Below are positions 19,392 to 30,799 of a stretch of DNA of 64,000 nucleotides, one piece after another. The notes under the pieces were generated by a model. It was not told the origin of the DNA. It saw only the letters and a program-made list of their open reading frames with translations, and ran no database searches. Both the position numbers and the translations under genes were made by a program. Every line of letters starts with the position of its first letter. The stretch's first letter is position 1. Origin of the DNA: a virus; IMG/VR virus record IMGVR_UViG_3300041583_000385, positions 22,323 to 86,322 of that record; one strand, written 5' to 3'.

Positions 19392-19800
19392 AGAAGAAAG
19401 ATACGAGAAAACATATTTAAGAATGGCTAGAGAATGGGCAAACCTCTCACATTGTACAAGGAAACAGGTAGGAGCTCTTATAGTTAAGAATGGTATGATT
19501 ATATCAGATGGTTATAATGGAACACCCACAGGCTTCGATAATGCTTGTGAGATAGAAGATGGCACAACAAGTTGGAGTGTTATACATGGAGAAGCAAACG
19601 CTATCTTGAAATGTGCTAGACATGGACATTCTTGTGATGGTGCTACTTTATATCAAACACATTCACCTTGTAGAGAATGTTCTAAATTAATATTACAATC
19701 AGGTATAAAAAAGGTAGTTTATATTGTGGAATATAAAGACACATCTGGTTTAGACTTTTTAATAGAAGCTGGAATAGAAATTAAGAGATATGATGTTTGA
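19378..19800 (+). CDS. dCMP deaminase
   Basis: GYNGTP, HGEANA, SPCxxC zinc motifs. Confidence 0.93.
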   Translation: MMESKEERYEKTYLRMAREWANLSHCTRKQVGALIVKNGMIISDGYNGTPTGFDNACEIEDGTTSWSVIHGEANAILKCARHGHSCDGATLYQTHSPCRECSKLILQSGIKKVVYIVEYKDTSGLDFLIEAGIEIKRYDV

Positions 19801-20287
19801 TGTATTTGTAAATGAAATTAAAGCTGTAAGTCCTAAGAGAGAACTATCCGTATTCCCAATATCTGAATATAATTTAGAAGCTATCAAATATTTAGTTGAA
19901 AATTGTGAAATGGGTAATAACGGACCAAATATTAATGTTAGGTTAGCAACCTTTAATACATCACTTTGGTTAGGTGACTTTCTTGATAAATATTGGGATA
20001 AGATATCATATGTGTCAAAGTTACCAGCTTTTAATATCATTAAAGTTGAGGATGGTTCTATTGTTGTGAAGACTTATGAAACAAAATCTGATACATTTGA
20101 TAATGAAGAAGAGTTAGATAAATTCTTTGAAGATGGTAAATGGAAGAAGTTTGTAATATACAAAGTGTCTAAGTTCGCAGATATATCTAAAATGACTAGT
20201 TTTTATACTATTAGGTATGCTGATATAACTGAAAAGTATGAAGTTAGAGATAAAAAAATAGAACATATCTTGGGTGATATTAAATAA
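19790..20287 (+). CDS. hypothetical protein with C-terminal tag (RDKKIEHIL)
   Basis: 165 aa ORF. Confidence 0.7.
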   Translation: MMFDVFVNEIKAVSPKRELSVFPISEYNLEAIKYLVENCEMGNNGPNINVRLATFNTSLWLGDFLDKYWDKISYVSKLPAFNIIKVEDGSIVVKTYETKSDTFDNEEELDKFFEDGKWKKFVIYKVSKFADISKMTSFYTIRYADITEKYEVRDKKIEHILGDIK

Positions 20288-21191
20288 ATTCCTTTCTATA
20301 TTTAATAACAGCTAAATCTTTAGCCTTTGCCTCAATCTCCGTATCAAAATCAAGACCATAAGTTTTAATTTCCTCATAGATATAATCAGCATGCGCTGTT
20401 TTTCTACTAGTTTTATCTTCTAATGTTTTTGATGAACTCATATGTGTTAATACTCTTGTTTTCCAAGTAGAGTGTGCTAGTTTTATAGATTCTTCCATAC
20501 TTTGATCCTGTGGACCAAATAGGAAGTGATGTTGGTCAAAAACAATTGGAATACCTATTTTGTCATATAACCACTCATGTAACATCTTAACAGAGTATTG
20601 GTTCGGTGAATCATCATTCTCAATAGTTAATCTCTTTTTACAAGATTCACTCAATTCACTAAATCTATCTACAAATCTTTGAGCAGCTTCTTCTCTAGTT
20701 GGTTTTGTTGTATTGATATGTATATTTATCGGATAAAATGTCGATTGATCTAATCCCATTAAATCCATTATCTCAGCGTGTTTATTTAATTCTTTTATAG
20801 TTTTCAAAACCACTGATTCGTTCTCAGATGCTAATACATTAAAGGGGCCTGGGTGGTATGAAACTCTAATATTATTAGATTTAACCTTATCACCAATTTC
20901 TAATAATAAGGATTGTATTTTGTTAAAATTTGGTAGATCTTCAAATTCATATTCAGACATCCATGGAAATGAATCACTAGACATTCTATAAATATAGATA
21001 TCTTGGCTTAGATTATAATCTAAAACTTTCAAAGTATCTTTTAGATTATCTATTACCAACTCAGAGACATATGTTATACCTTTTGATATAAAGGTTTTCT
21101 TTATCATTCCCCTATTAACCTTAATATGGTCTTTTGGTCTTTTATTTATATTACACCCCATTGAGATGCAGCAATATCCTATATTATTCAT
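20280..21191 (-). CDS. uvsE: UV damage endonuclease UvsE/UVDE
   Basis: IGYCCI, YRMSS, HPGPFNVL, IEND, VFDQHH, HADY, IEAKAKD; start at ATG 21191, 4 nt after TATATTTG. Confidence 0.92.
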   Translation of the reverse strand: MNNIGYCCISMGCNINKRPKDHIKVNRGMIKKTFISKGITYVSELVIDNLKDTLKVLDYNLSQDIYIYRMSSDSFPWMSEYEFEDLPNFNKIQSLLLEIGDKVKSNNIRVSYHPGPFNVLASENESVVLKTIKELNKHAEIMDLMGLDQSTFYPINIHINTTKPTREEAAQRFVDRFSELSESCKKRLTIENDDSPNQYSVKMLHEWLYDKIGIPIVFDQHHFLFGPQDQSMEESIKLAHSTWKTRVLTHMSSSKTLEDKTSRKTAHADYIYEEIKTYGLDFDTEIEAKAKDLAVIKYRKEFI

Positions 21192-21262
21192 TATACAAAT
21201 ATACAAATTTAATATTTATATCACAAATTATAAAAGGTTATGATATTTTAATATATATGTTT

Positions 21263-21829
21263 ATGATAGTTAGAAAATATTTAGATTTTATAAAAGAAGA
21301 GTTTCAAGAAACTCCAGAGAGTTATATATCAACCGCATTAACAGCAATCAAACAAAAGATTGATAAAATGTTTGATTTCCAAGAAGGTGATTTAGATAAT
21401 CCACCAGAAGCAGAAGAAGACCCAACAAAGATTAAAAAACTATCAACAAAGGATAGTAATAAAATGAGCTTTGAAGATTTGGGTGTTACTTTAGAGAGTT
21501 CTGAGATTTCAAAATATTCTAAAATGTATGACTCATTAACTGTAAAATATACGGATGATGAAAATACATATACTTTAATTCTTATGATAGATATTAAAGA
21601 AGCTATTCCTAAAGATCCAGAAGAAAATTTCGACAGTGATGATATAGAAAAGTGTTATATTAAATTCAAAAAATATAGCTTAGATAATCTTACTGAAATA
21701 ATTGGACAAATTAGTAAAAATATCGATATAAAAGATATCGATGAAGAATTCCTAATCGATCTAAAAATAGAACTTGATGATAAATTTGGTGGTGATAACG
21801 ATGAATTCGAAATCGAAACCAACAAATAA
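21263..21829 (+). CDS. N-tagged acidic protein
   Basis: MIVRKYLDFIKEE directly after TAATATATA; upstream extension in the ORF track is implausible. Confidence 0.75.
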   Translation: MIVRKYLDFIKEEFQETPESYISTALTAIKQKIDKMFDFQEGDLDNPPEAEEDPTKIKKLSTKDSNKMSFEDLGVTLESSEISKYSKMYDSLTVKYTDDENTYTLILMIDIKEAIPKDPEENFDSDDIEKCYIKFKKYSLDNLTEIIGQISKNIDIKDIDEEFLIDLKIELDDKFGGDNDEFEIETNK

Positions 21830-21838
21830 TTAATCATC

Positions 21839-22714
21839 TTGAAATACTTAAAGAAATATAAAATATTTGAATCTAGTGGTTATTTGGATCACTACCTAAG
21901 TAAGTTGGGTGCTACTAAAGATGATATAAGAGATATATTTTCAGAAGTTATTGATCAGGGTTATGAATTAAAATTAAAAGTACTTTATCAAGATTCCAAT
22001 GGGAGAATAAGAATTAAAAAATCAACAGCAAGTGAGAATCCCATACTTAAAATCTCTTTATCATCTGATAAAGTATCATATGTTGGTGGAAGTGTCAAAT
22101 TTGATAGCATAACATATATAGAAACAATATACCACTCATTATCCAGGTTTATAAACACATATGGGTCTAATATTAAAAAGATAACTTATGAGTTAGATAA
22201 TAAAGCTGAAATAACTGTAAATTGTATTTTTGAAACTGAAACTGATGAGTCTAAATTAAAAATATCAAAGAATGATATTTTTAATTGTGTTAGAAAGGCT
22301 TTGTCTAATAAATTACCGGATGGTTATAATGATTCTATATCTTTTAAAGATTTTCAAGGCACTCACGGGATTATTAAAATGTCAGATTTATATAAACTAG
22401 AGAAATACAAGGAATTAAGAGAAATTCTGAGAAATTCTGAGGAGAAATACATAAATAATTATAAAGAGATAGAATCATTATGTTCTGTATTAAGGGATGA
22501 AATAGCTATTGAACTATCATTAAAAAGTGGTGGTGATATTAGATTTATTAAAAAGGATAGAACAGAAGGAGCCCTTTATGTATTTATTGATAATGTTGAA
22601 TCATATAGACTTGGTAATTTATCATGTTATGATAATGATTCTAGGAGATATTCTGAGAGAATTAAAACAGGATTTTTATCAAAAAAGAATATAGAGGTTG
22701 AATTATTCTATTAG
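21839..22714 (+). CDS. N-tagged paralog
   Basis: TTG start, MKYLKKYKIFES, DIRDIFSEVIDQGY. Confidence 0.75.
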   Translation: MKYLKKYKIFESSGYLDHYLSKLGATKDDIRDIFSEVIDQGYELKLKVLYQDSNGRIRIKKSTASENPILKISLSSDKVSYVGGSVKFDSITYIETIYHSLSRFINTYGSNIKKITYELDNKAEITVNCIFETETDESKLKISKNDIFNCVRKALSNKLPDGYNDSISFKDFQGTHGIIKMSDLYKLEKYKELREILRNSEEKYINNYKEIESLCSVLRDEIAIELSLKSGGDIRFIKKDRTEGALYVFIDNVESYRLGNLSCYDNDSRRYSERIKTGFLSKKNIEVELFY

Positions 22715-22766
22715 AATATCCGTAACACTAGATTAAAGGAAGCACATTCTATTTAATAAATAATCT

Positions 22767-23285
22767 ATGGGATTAAATATTGTTGCATCATATCAAACTA
22801 TTACAGAATTTAAAAGATCTAGGTATTTTAAGATAAATCTTGGATTAGTTGCTACTGTTGAGAAAAATGGTAAAAGAACTTTTAATCCTGATGATAAATT
22901 CAGTTACTATTATTATAGCCAATATAAAGCAACTATATATGGACAGGGTAATGTTGGTGATATAAAATTTTACGCAGATCACTTCATAAAAGATAATACA
23001 TTCGCTGTTTATTATGGTGATACATTCGAAGAATTTCTATTTAATTTTGATAGGGTAATGGTTAGTAAAAATAATATAGATTTTTATTTAGGTCACATAT
23101 TAAAGAGTGTTGAGGAACAATATGAAGAAAGGGTTAAAAATAAAGAACTTAAAAAACTTGAAGTTCAACCGGAAGGTAATGCTGAGAATATTCTTAAAAA
23201 CCCAGGTAATGTTAATTACGCTGATTTGAAGGCATATTTAAAAACAAAACAAAATAGTAGATACAAAAATAATAACAGTTTATGA
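22767..23285 (+). CDS. hypothetical protein
   Basis: 172 aa ORF coupled to the endolysin gene. Confidence 0.7.
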   Translation: MGLNIVASYQTITEFKRSRYFKINLGLVATVEKNGKRTFNPDDKFSYYYYSQYKATIYGQGNVGDIKFYADHFIKDNTFAVYYGDTFEEFLFNFDRVMVSKNNIDFYLGHILKSVEEQYEERVKNKELKKLEVQPEGNAENILKNPGNVNYADLKAYLKTKQNSRYKNNNSL

Positions 23286-24313
23286 AACTTAAAAGAATTA
23301 TAATGCTTAGAATGTCTGGTGATGATGTTCGTTGGATGCAAACTAAGTTAAAGGAATATGGATACCATAAAGGTAAGATTGATGGATTTTTTGGACAAAA
23401 TACATTAATCTCTGTTACTAATTATCAAAGATCTATTGGTATTAAAGCTGATGGTGTTGTTGGTCCACAAACTTGGAGTCAGATAACAAACCATTTAGAA
23501 AACAAAAAGCAAAAAGAGTCGGATGGTATTGAAGTTGATGTTGTGTTAACACCAATCCCTAGAAATGAAGATATCCCATTTAAGATATCATATATCGGTG
23601 ATGATTCATTAAAAATATATGATTGTTTTTTAGAAGATGATGAATATTATAAAACAGAGACACAAAAAGATACTATTTGGTTACATCATACTGCTGGTGG
23701 TTCTAGACCAGATTGGACAATTGGTGGATGGGAAAGAGATTATCAAAAAGATAAAAAAGGAAACCCAGTTTTAGATAAAGATGGTAACCAAAAATCATTA
23801 AGGGTTGGTACTCAATTTGTAATAGGTAGAAGTTCTTCGTCTAAGAAAGATGTATTGTGGGATGGAAAGGTTCTAAGAGCTTTTGATGATAGATATTGGG
23901 CTTATCACTTAGGTATATCAGGAAGTAAAAGTAAAGCGTTAAACTCAAAGTCTATTGGTATAGAGATATGTAATTATGGGCCATTGACATTAGGTAGAGA
24001 CGGTAGATATTATAACTATGTTAACCGCCCTGTTAATGATGAAGATGTTGTTGAACTAGATAAGCCATTTAGAGGATACAAACACTATGAAAGATATACA
24101 GACACTCAGATAGAAACTGTAAGAAAGCTTATACTATATTTGAAGAATAGATGGGATATACAGATAGAAAGTGGTATTTATGATGAAGAATGGTTTGAGT
24201 ATAATGATAAATGGTTCTCAAATGGTGGAATAAGAAGTCATACACAAGTAAGAACAGGTAAGTTTGATATATTCCCACAGAAGGAGATGATAGAAATGTT
24301 AAATAGTTTATGA
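23282..24313 (+). CDS. endolysin: PG-binding domain plus N-acetylmuramoyl-L-alanine amidase (Amidase_2)
   Basis: GDDVRWMQ..L, DGFFGQNT, DGVVGPQT; LHHTAG, AYH, SIGIE, SH...K.D. Confidence 0.9.
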   Translation: MKLKRIIMLRMSGDDVRWMQTKLKEYGYHKGKIDGFFGQNTLISVTNYQRSIGIKADGVVGPQTWSQITNHLENKKQKESDGIEVDVVLTPIPRNEDIPFKISYIGDDSLKIYDCFLEDDEYYKTETQKDTIWLHHTAGGSRPDWTIGGWERDYQKDKKGNPVLDKDGNQKSLRVGTQFVIGRSSSSKKDVLWDGKVLRAFDDRYWAYHLGISGSKSKALNSKSIGIEICNYGPLTLGRDGRYYNYVNRPVNDEDVVELDKPFRGYKHYERYTDTQIETVRKLILYLKNRWDIQIESGIYDEEWFEYNDKWFSNGGIRSHTQVRTGKFDIFPQKEMIEMLNSL

Positions 24314-24526
24314 AATATATAAAATTATACGAAAGTTACGATCACAAAGAAACAAAATATGGTTATATGACCTTATAAATATGATGATAGGTCAAATTTC
24401 ATTGAAATTGAATCTATGGGTAATGAGTGGATAGATAAGATATATACTATTGTATCAGAAAATGATGGTTCTTATAAAGGGTGGGATGATAAAATGACGA
24501 TGATGCTTTATCTATATCACCAATGA
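24310..24526 (+). pseudogene. broken N-tagged ORF
   Basis: MKYIKLYES then stop at 24378; reading continues in another frame. Confidence 0.5.
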
Positions 24527-24533
24527 AATTTTA

Positions 24534-24791
24534 TTAATTATAAATTATAGCTAGTATCTTATATAATTGTAATTGACTTTCTTCATCTATTTCGTCAAAA
24601 TCAACAACGATATCTAAATCATCTTGGAAAATATGCAAGAAAACCTTATTAGATTCGACATCCCATTCAACTGAATTAAACTCACCCATTGGTAGACTTA
24701 TATCCATCAAAAGTTCATTTAGTCCAAATCCCAATAGTTTAATTAAGTTAATTATTTTATTCCTCATCACCTTACATAAAATTTTCTTCAC
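24534..24791 (-). CDS. hypothetical protein
   Basis: 85 aa; TAATATATA immediately upstream on the minus strand. Confidence 0.65.
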   Translation of the reverse strand: MKKILCKVMRNKIINLIKLLGFGLNELLMDISLPMGEFNSVEWDVESNKVFLHIFQDDLDIVVDFDEIDEESQLQLYKILAIIYN

Positions 24792-24873
24792 TATCTATAT
24801 ATTAAATTTCAATATATTAAGTTTTGAATTTTATTTTTTAATATATAATACCAACAAAATAAAGTATTAGAAA

Positions 24874-26151
24874 ATGGGTTTATTAAAATATAATGATTAT
24901 ATAACAGAAAAGGTAGCTTATAAGCTATTACTTGAATCTAAAGTTGTTTTTTCTAAGAAGTTTGTTAATTTATTAACTAAGATGAAGACAAATAAAGTAG
25001 CATCTAATTTGTTGGGTATTTATTCTAAGGATATTGATGTATCACATAATTACATTGACACTACTGATGCTAAAGACGCTGTATCATTTACACCAGATAG
25101 AAAAGCTCAAGAATTGTTAAAGGATAGACCACAATTATGGGAAGTTAGAGACACACAAAGATATTTAACACATGCAAATGGTAATAGTAAATTATTTGAC
25201 GCACTTGGTTATGAAAAACCAGATGGAGACCCTTGGGTGCCTGGTGAGGGAACAATTGGTTATATTTTAGGAGAAACTATTAGTGAGAAATCAGGTAAAA
25301 TATATGTTATTTTTGAAGAAGAAGGAGACTCAAGAAAAACAGTTCTTAATAAAGAAGCATTAGAAGCAAGTGAATCATCAGAAAATTCTAAAATTTGGTC
25401 AACATCAAGAAATAGTATTAAAGTAGGTAGATTAGTTAGAGCTATATTAAAAGCATCTAAATTAGAATTTACCGATAAAGATATAGAAGAATTCACAAAT
25501 ACATATAAAGCAACCTTTGATTTTGAACAAGACGTACTTAAACAATTTGATATAGTTTCTGGTAAAGATATATCACGTTGGTATGATAATAGTGATGAAG
25601 AAACTTATGTAGATGGTGGTGGTGTATTAAACAACTCTTGTATGTCACACTCACCTAGTGAGTACTTTGATATGTATTGTAACAACACTAAGGAAATTCA
25701 AATGGTTATTTTATATGGTGATGATGGTGAGATTAAAGATGGTAAATTTGTATCAGATCAGATAAAGGGTAGAGCGCTATTATGGAAAGCTAATATTGGT
25801 GGATCTGACGGTACATTTATGGATAGAATCTACACAACTAATGATAGTGATGTTGAATTATTCAAACAATATGCTGAGAAGAATAATTGGTGGTATAAGA
25901 AATCACAAACTATGGAACCTGGTGAAAATATCACAAATGGATCAGGATCCAAAAGTGCAACAATAACAGTTAAACTAACAGGTAGTGGTGGGACTTGGGA
26001 TAGATACCCATATATGGATACAATGTGTTACTTAAATCAAGATGGTGATATATTAACTAATAATGATGAAGGAGATTTAGAGATAAACAGAACATTCAGA
26101 GATACCGATGGAGGGTATATGGATTCTGATGGTGATTATCAATATGATTAA
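24874..26151 (+). CDS. N-tagged conserved phage protein (SCM...GRALLW...FMDRIY...YPYMDT)
   Basis: MGLLKYNDYITE start; motif set loosely PcfJ-like; TAATATATA upstream. Confidence 0.75.
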   Translation: MGLLKYNDYITEKVAYKLLLESKVVFSKKFVNLLTKMKTNKVASNLLGIYSKDIDVSHNYIDTTDAKDAVSFTPDRKAQELLKDRPQLWEVRDTQRYLTHANGNSKLFDALGYEKPDGDPWVPGEGTIGYILGETISEKSGKIYVIFEEEGDSRKTVLNKEALEASESSENSKIWSTSRNSIKVGRLVRAILKASKLEFTDKDIEEFTNTYKATFDFEQDVLKQFDIVSGKDISRWYDNSDEETYVDGGGVLNNSCMSHSPSEYFDMYCNNTKEIQMVILYGDDGEIKDGKFVSDQIKGRALLWKANIGGSDGTFMDRIYTTNDSDVELFKQYAEKNNWWYKKSQTMEPGENITNGSGSKSATITVKLTGSGGTWDRYPYMDTMCYLNQDGDILTNNDEGDLEINRTFRDTDGGYMDSDGDYQYD

Positions 26152-26158
26152 TATAAAT

Positions 26159-26192
26159 AAAAAAACCCAGTCAAAATTGACTGGGTTTTTTT
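26159..26192. terminator. bidirectional intrinsic terminator
   Basis: AAAAAAACCCAGTCAA-AA-TTGACTGGGTTTTTTT between convergent genes. Confidence 0.9.
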
Positions 26193-26195
26193 ATT

Positions 26196-28076
26196 TTAAT
26201 CTACTTCTTCAAATGGAGTATCCTCTACTTCACCCTCATCAGTTGATTCACCTGATTCCTCAGATTCTTGTGTTTGTTGATATAGTCTAGTGCTAATTGC
26301 TGACCAAGTTTCATTCAATTTCTCAGATGATTCATCTATCTTTTCAATGTCTTGTTCAGAATGTGCAGTTCTCAACTCACCAAGGTCAGAATTAAGAGAA
26401 GACATATCATCTTCTGTTAATTTCTCAGAAAACTCTTTAATTTGTTTCTCTGTTTGGAAGATTAAATTATCCGCCATATTAACCTTATCAACTTTTTCTC
26501 TTTCAAGTTTATCTGATTCAGCATTAACCTCAGCCTCAGATTTCATTCTTTCAATTTCCTCCTTAGATAATTGTGAACCACCTTCAATTCGAATTTTATT
26601 CTCTTTACCAGTAGCTTTATCTTTAGCAGAAACAGAAAGTATACCATTAGCATCAATGTCTAATGTAACTTCAACTTGAGGAATACCTCTTGGAGATGGC
26701 ATGATACCATCTAAATGGAATCTACCTAAGTCACGATTATCCTTTGCCATTGGTCTCTCACCTTGTAAAACATGTATCTCAACTGATGGTTGGTTATCTG
26801 ATGCTGTTGAAAACGTTTCCGACTTTCTTGTAGGAATTGTTGTATTAGCTTCAATTAACTTAGTCATTACTGAACCCATTGTTTCGATACCAAGTGAAAG
26901 TGGTGTAACATCAAGAAGTAATACATCAGTAATACCTCCTGATAAAACAGCTCCTTGAATAGCCGCCCCAAGAGCAACAACTTCATCTGGATTAACAGAT
27001 TTGTTAGGTGCTTTACCAATAAAAGCTTCAATAGCTTTTTGAATAGCCGGGATTCTTGTAGAACCACCAACTAAAATAACTTCATCAATATCAACCGGTT
27101 TAAGACCAGCATTTTTAAGAGCACTTTTCGCACAAGTGATAGTTCTATCTACTAACTTAGAAGTCATTTGCTCAAACTTAGCACTTGATAATTTCTTAAC
27201 AAAGTGTAAAGGAGTTCCATCTTTAGCTGTAATATAAGGTAAGTTAATTTCAGTTTGTGTTGATGTTGATAATTCAATTTTTGCTTTCTCTGCTGCTTCT
27301 TTTAATCTTTGAAGAGCCATAGGATCTTTTGATAAATCCATACCACTATCTGATTTGAATTCATCTATCATCCAATCAATAATCGTATTATCAAAATCAT
27401 CACCACCTAAGTGTGTATCACCATCAGTAGATTTAACTTCAAAAACACCATCACCAATTTCTAAAACTGAAACATCATGTGTACCACCACCACAATCAAA
27501 TACAAGTATTTTAGAATCTGTATTCTTCTTATCTAACCCGTAAGCTAAAGCCGCGGCAGTTGGTTCATTTATAATTCTTTCAACTTTTAGTCCAGCAATT
27601 TCACCAGCTTCAATAGTTGCTGTTCTTTCAGCATCACCGAAATAAGCTGGTACAGTTATAACTGCTCTTTCAACATCATGTCCTAAAAATTCCTCAGCCG
27701 TCTTCTTCATTTTTTGAAGAATCATTGCTGAAATTTCTTGTGGTGTATAGACTCTATCATCTATTTGGACACCAGGTACATTTTTACCAGTCTTCACTAA
27801 CTTATAAGGTACTTTTGATACTTCACCTTTACAAGCAGAAAAATCTTTACCTATGAAACGTTTAATTGAATAAATCGTTTTTTCTGGATTAGTAACCGCT
27901 TGTCTTTTGGCTGGATCTCCCACCTTTCTATCATTATCTGTAAATCCAACAACAGATGGTGTTGTTCTTTTTCCTTCCGAATTAGTAATTACAATAGGCT
28001 CTCCACCTTGAACGACTGCAACGCATGAATTTGTGGTTCCCAAATCAATCGCGATAATTGTATTTTCTTTACTCAT
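26196..28076 (-). CDS. dnaK: chaperone DnaK (Hsp70)
   Basis: [36 protein letters not shown]. Confidence 0.98.
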   Translation of the reverse strand: MSKENTIIAIDLGTTNSCVAVVQGGEPIVITNSEGKRTTPSVVGFTDNDRKVGDPAKRQAVTNPEKTIYSIKRFIGKDFSACKGEVSKVPYKLVKTGKNVPGVQIDDRVYTPQEISAMILQKMKKTAEEFLGHDVERAVITVPAYFGDAERTATIEAGEIAGLKVERIINEPTAAALAYGLDKKNTDSKILVFDCGGGTHDVSVLEIGDGVFEVKSTDGDTHLGGDDFDNTIIDWMIDEFKSDSGMDLSKDPMALQRLKEAAEKAKIELSTSTQTEINLPYITAKDGTPLHFVKKLSSAKFEQMTSKLVDRTITCAKSALKNAGLKPVDIDEVILVGGSTRIPAIQKAIEAFIGKAPNKSVNPDEVVALGAAIQGAVLSGGITDVLLLDVTPLSLGIETMGSVMTKLIEANTTIPTRKSETFSTASDNQPSVEIHVLQGERPMAKDNRDLGRFHLDGIMPSPRGIPQVEVTLDIDANGILSVSAKDKATGKENKIRIEGGSQLSKEEIERMKSEAEVNAESDKLEREKVDKVNMADNLIFQTEKQIKEFSEKLTEDDMSSLNSDLGELRTAHSEQDIEKIDESSEKLNETWSAISTRLYQQTQESEESGESTDEGEVEDTPFEEVD

Positions 28077-28113
28077 ATATTATAATTTTAATTTTAATTT
28101 ATTTCTATTTTGT

Positions 28114-28203
28114 ACAAATACCATACCAAAGTTATTTTTACCATATATGTCAATGTTGATAACCTAGTATTTGAAATTATATAAAAAATAGAATAAAAAG
28201 TTT
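28114..28203 (-). promoter_or_regulatory. dnaK control region: AAAC-N18-TATA plus sigma54-like TGGTATG-N4-TTGT and TGACA-N4-TGGTA
   Basis: motifs read on the minus strand at 28203-28178, 28152-28139 and 28128-28114. Confidence 0.45.
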
Positions 28204-28265
28204 ATTTATTGGGATAGATTTAGGAACGACACTAAATTTTATATATAATAAAAACATCAAGAATA

Positions 28266-29099
28266 ATGAGATATATTTATACACTTAGTGATCCCGTTAC
28301 AAAAGAAATAAGATATGTTGGCCAAACCAATGATATAAAAAGAAGATTTAATAGTCACATATCATCATCCATGAACAAGAATTCTGATTGTTATGATACA
28401 TATAAGTCAAGGTGGGTAAGAAAATTAATAGGAAATAACCTATTACCCATTATCGACATAATAGATAAGTGTGAGACATTGAAGGAATCCAATAAAATGG
28501 AAAGTTTACATATTGGAAAATTAACAGAGGAAGGAGTTAAGTTGACAAATTCATATGTTGGTGATGTTACTGAGTTTTCAATAGAGACAAGGAAAAAAAT
28601 GTCAGATGCTAAGAAAGGTAAAACATTGGAAGAAATAGTTGGTAAGGAAAAATCAATAGAATTAAGAGAATATTATTCAGAAAGACTAAAAATTAATAAC
28701 CCAAATAAAAGTGATGATACATTAGTTCGTGAAAAGATAAGTAATACACTTAAAGAATACTTCTCTGATAAGGAAAACCATTGGGCATATGGTTTAAAAA
28801 TGAGTGATGATCACAATGAGAAGTTAAGACAGTCAAAATTAGGCAATCCAAAAAACGTTGGTAATAGGAAGCCGAGAACAGAAGAACAAAAAGAAAAAAT
28901 AAGAAATGGTATAAAGGGTACTAAAATAAAAAGATTTTTAATTTTACAATATGATTTAGAAATGAATTTCATAAAAGAGTGGAAGAGTTTAAGGGAGATA
29001 CAGAGATATGATAACACTTTTAATAGGAAAGGAATTGCTGATAACTGCAAGGGTCTTAAAGGTAGTTACGCTAATTTCATATGGGTATATAAAGATTAA
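28266..29099 (+). mobile_element. GIY-YIG homing endonuclease with NUMOD3/NUMOD1
   Basis: YIYTL...YVGQT...RF..H; ETRKKMS; ILQYDLE.NFIKEW.S. Confidence 0.88.
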
Positions 29100-29308
29100 T
29101 TTGATGTGTTTGATACGATATCGATAGGTGATGTACCACTACCAACTGACATAGGGCCAGGAATTGGTGAACTAGCAATAGACATAAACTTAGTTGGTTT
29201 ATTATTAGACTTTCTAAAATCTAAGAATTTTTTAACCCTTCTACGTTTCTTTTTCTTTCTATCCTCTAATTTCTTTAGATATTTTTCTTTATTAAGAATT
29301 CTAGACAT
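29096..29308 (-). CDS. small basic protein
   Basis: 70 aa, KKKKRRR; coupled to the upstream gene. Confidence 0.55.
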   Translation of the reverse strand: MSRILNKEKYLKKLEDRKKKKRRRVKKFLDFRKSNNKPTKFMSIASSPIPGPMSVGSGTSPIDIVSNTSN

Positions 29309-30384
29309 TATTTCTTTTTGTTCTTTTTGTTCTCTTCCCTACGTAGTCTAGAAATTTCTTTAACAAATTCCTTTACTTCTGCTTCATCACCAGCAGGTGG
29401 TAAGAAACCATATCCACGTAATCTACTATACCACTTAACTTGACCTATTGTAGTGCCGTTCTTAACTACGTTATAAATATCAGTCTTAGCACCTTTCTTC
29501 CTAGGTTGTTTGTTAAATTTTAATTTAGGTGTAGTTTTAGATTCTGAAATATTAAAACTCCTTTTTAATAGTGGAATAGACTTAAAATTATCCAAATTCT
29601 CACCTTTTAGATAGATTTTAATCTCAATACCAAGAACAAGATTATTACTATCTAATATATCAACGCTTACATCCCTTTCCCAGATACCAGTATTTTTACC
29701 AAAATATACAGTTTCATCCTTTTTACAATAACCTATTGAGAAATCATTATCATAACTATCTATTAATCTTAATGTATAATCACTTATACTACTTGGTTTG
29801 AATTCTGAATCAGGTGGATATTTACTCTGATTAGCATTTTGTTTACTCTTAATAACTATATTTATATAATCACTTTTACTAGATGATAACCATCTCTCTG
29901 GAGTATAGTCTATATTAACTACCCATTTATCATCTATTAAATCAAGTAATATATCATTTATTTTATCAATTTCAGTTAGTATCAAATCTTGGTCAGTCTT
30001 AGATTCTCCTATTATATGATCAACCGATTTGTAAACGGTTAATTGAAAAGCTTCCGATTCACTGTTAATATCACCATTAAAACTACTTAAAGATAATTTA
30101 TTATCCTCATTATATAACATAAGTTTGTTTATATAACCAAGTGGTTTAGTATAATCTACTATTCTATCAAATATATCTTTTATACCAGCACTTTTATCAG
30201 AAAAGACAGATACCTTTATAACATCATCACACAACATATTATTAACTTTCGAACATTTAGTTATATTTATGTTAAACTTTAACCCATCATCCTTTAATTC
30301 TTGACAAATATCATTTAACTCTATATAGATTTTATCAAGAGGAGAATCACTTTCAAATACTTTATATTTCTTTAGATATTTCAT
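29308..30384 (-). CDS. N-tagged multidomain paralog
   Basis: MKYLKKYKVFES; internal IGES and ISES sites between domains. Confidence 0.75.
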   Translation of the reverse strand: MKYLKKYKVFESDSPLDKIYIELNDICQELKDDGLKFNINITKCSKVNNMLCDDVIKVSVFSDKSAGIKDIFDRIVDYTKPLGYINKLMLYNEDNKLSLSSFNGDINSESEAFQLTVYKSVDHIIGESKTDQDLILTEIDKINDILLDLIDDKWVVNIDYTPERWLSSSKSDYINIVIKSKQNANQSKYPPDSEFKPSSISDYTLRLIDSYDNDFSIGYCKKDETVYFGKNTGIWERDVSVDILDSNNLVLGIEIKIYLKGENLDNFKSIPLLKRSFNISESKTTPKLKFNKQPRKKGAKTDIYNVVKNGTTIGQVKWYSRLRGYGFLPPAGDEAEVKEFVKEISRLRREENKKNKKK

Positions 30385-30713
30385 TCCCATGTCCAATCAA
30401 TTTTATTATTAACTTTCAGATTTAAAAAGTTTATTGATTCATCAAATGTCAATTTTTGAACCTCTTCTCTAATATATCTACTTATTTCATTCATAACCCT
30501 ATCATCATACACATCTTCATGACCAGGTCGTCTAATAGATCCCCAATTCATAAGTTTATACTTTTTATCCTTTAAACCAAATCCTATTTTCATGTCACCA
30601 TAATTGGATGTGTGTATGTTTAAATAAATAGTAGGATCATAATCATCATAATCATCAAGCTCAACTTTTGGTGAACTTTCAAATATTTTGTATTTTCTTA
30701 GATATTTCATCAC
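30381..30713 (-). CDS. N-tagged hypothetical protein
   Basis: MKYLRKYKIFES. Confidence 0.75.
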   Translation of the reverse strand: MMKYLRKYKIFESSPKVELDDYDDYDPTIYLNIHTSNYGDMKIGFGLKDKKYKLMNWGSIRRPGHEDVYDDRVMNEISRYIREEVQKLTFDESINFLNLKVNNKIDWTWE

Positions 30714-30799
30714 TACTATATATAAAAAGAGAGATAATACTTTTCTGTAAATAATCCATGTTTTTTACAATACCACTTAAAAACCTTAATATATAAGTT

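Noticed and set aside
21134-21262. N-terminal extensions in the ORF track (also 4054, 35640, 40559, 42501, 54108, 56936)
   Set aside because: They run through promoters or neighbouring genes; downstream starts match motifs and promoter spacing
26290-27543. ORFs inside dnaK, and similar ORFs inside the topoisomerases, nrdB, dnaJ and others
   Set aside because: Antisense or alternate-frame shadows of well-supported genes, with no motifs or promoters
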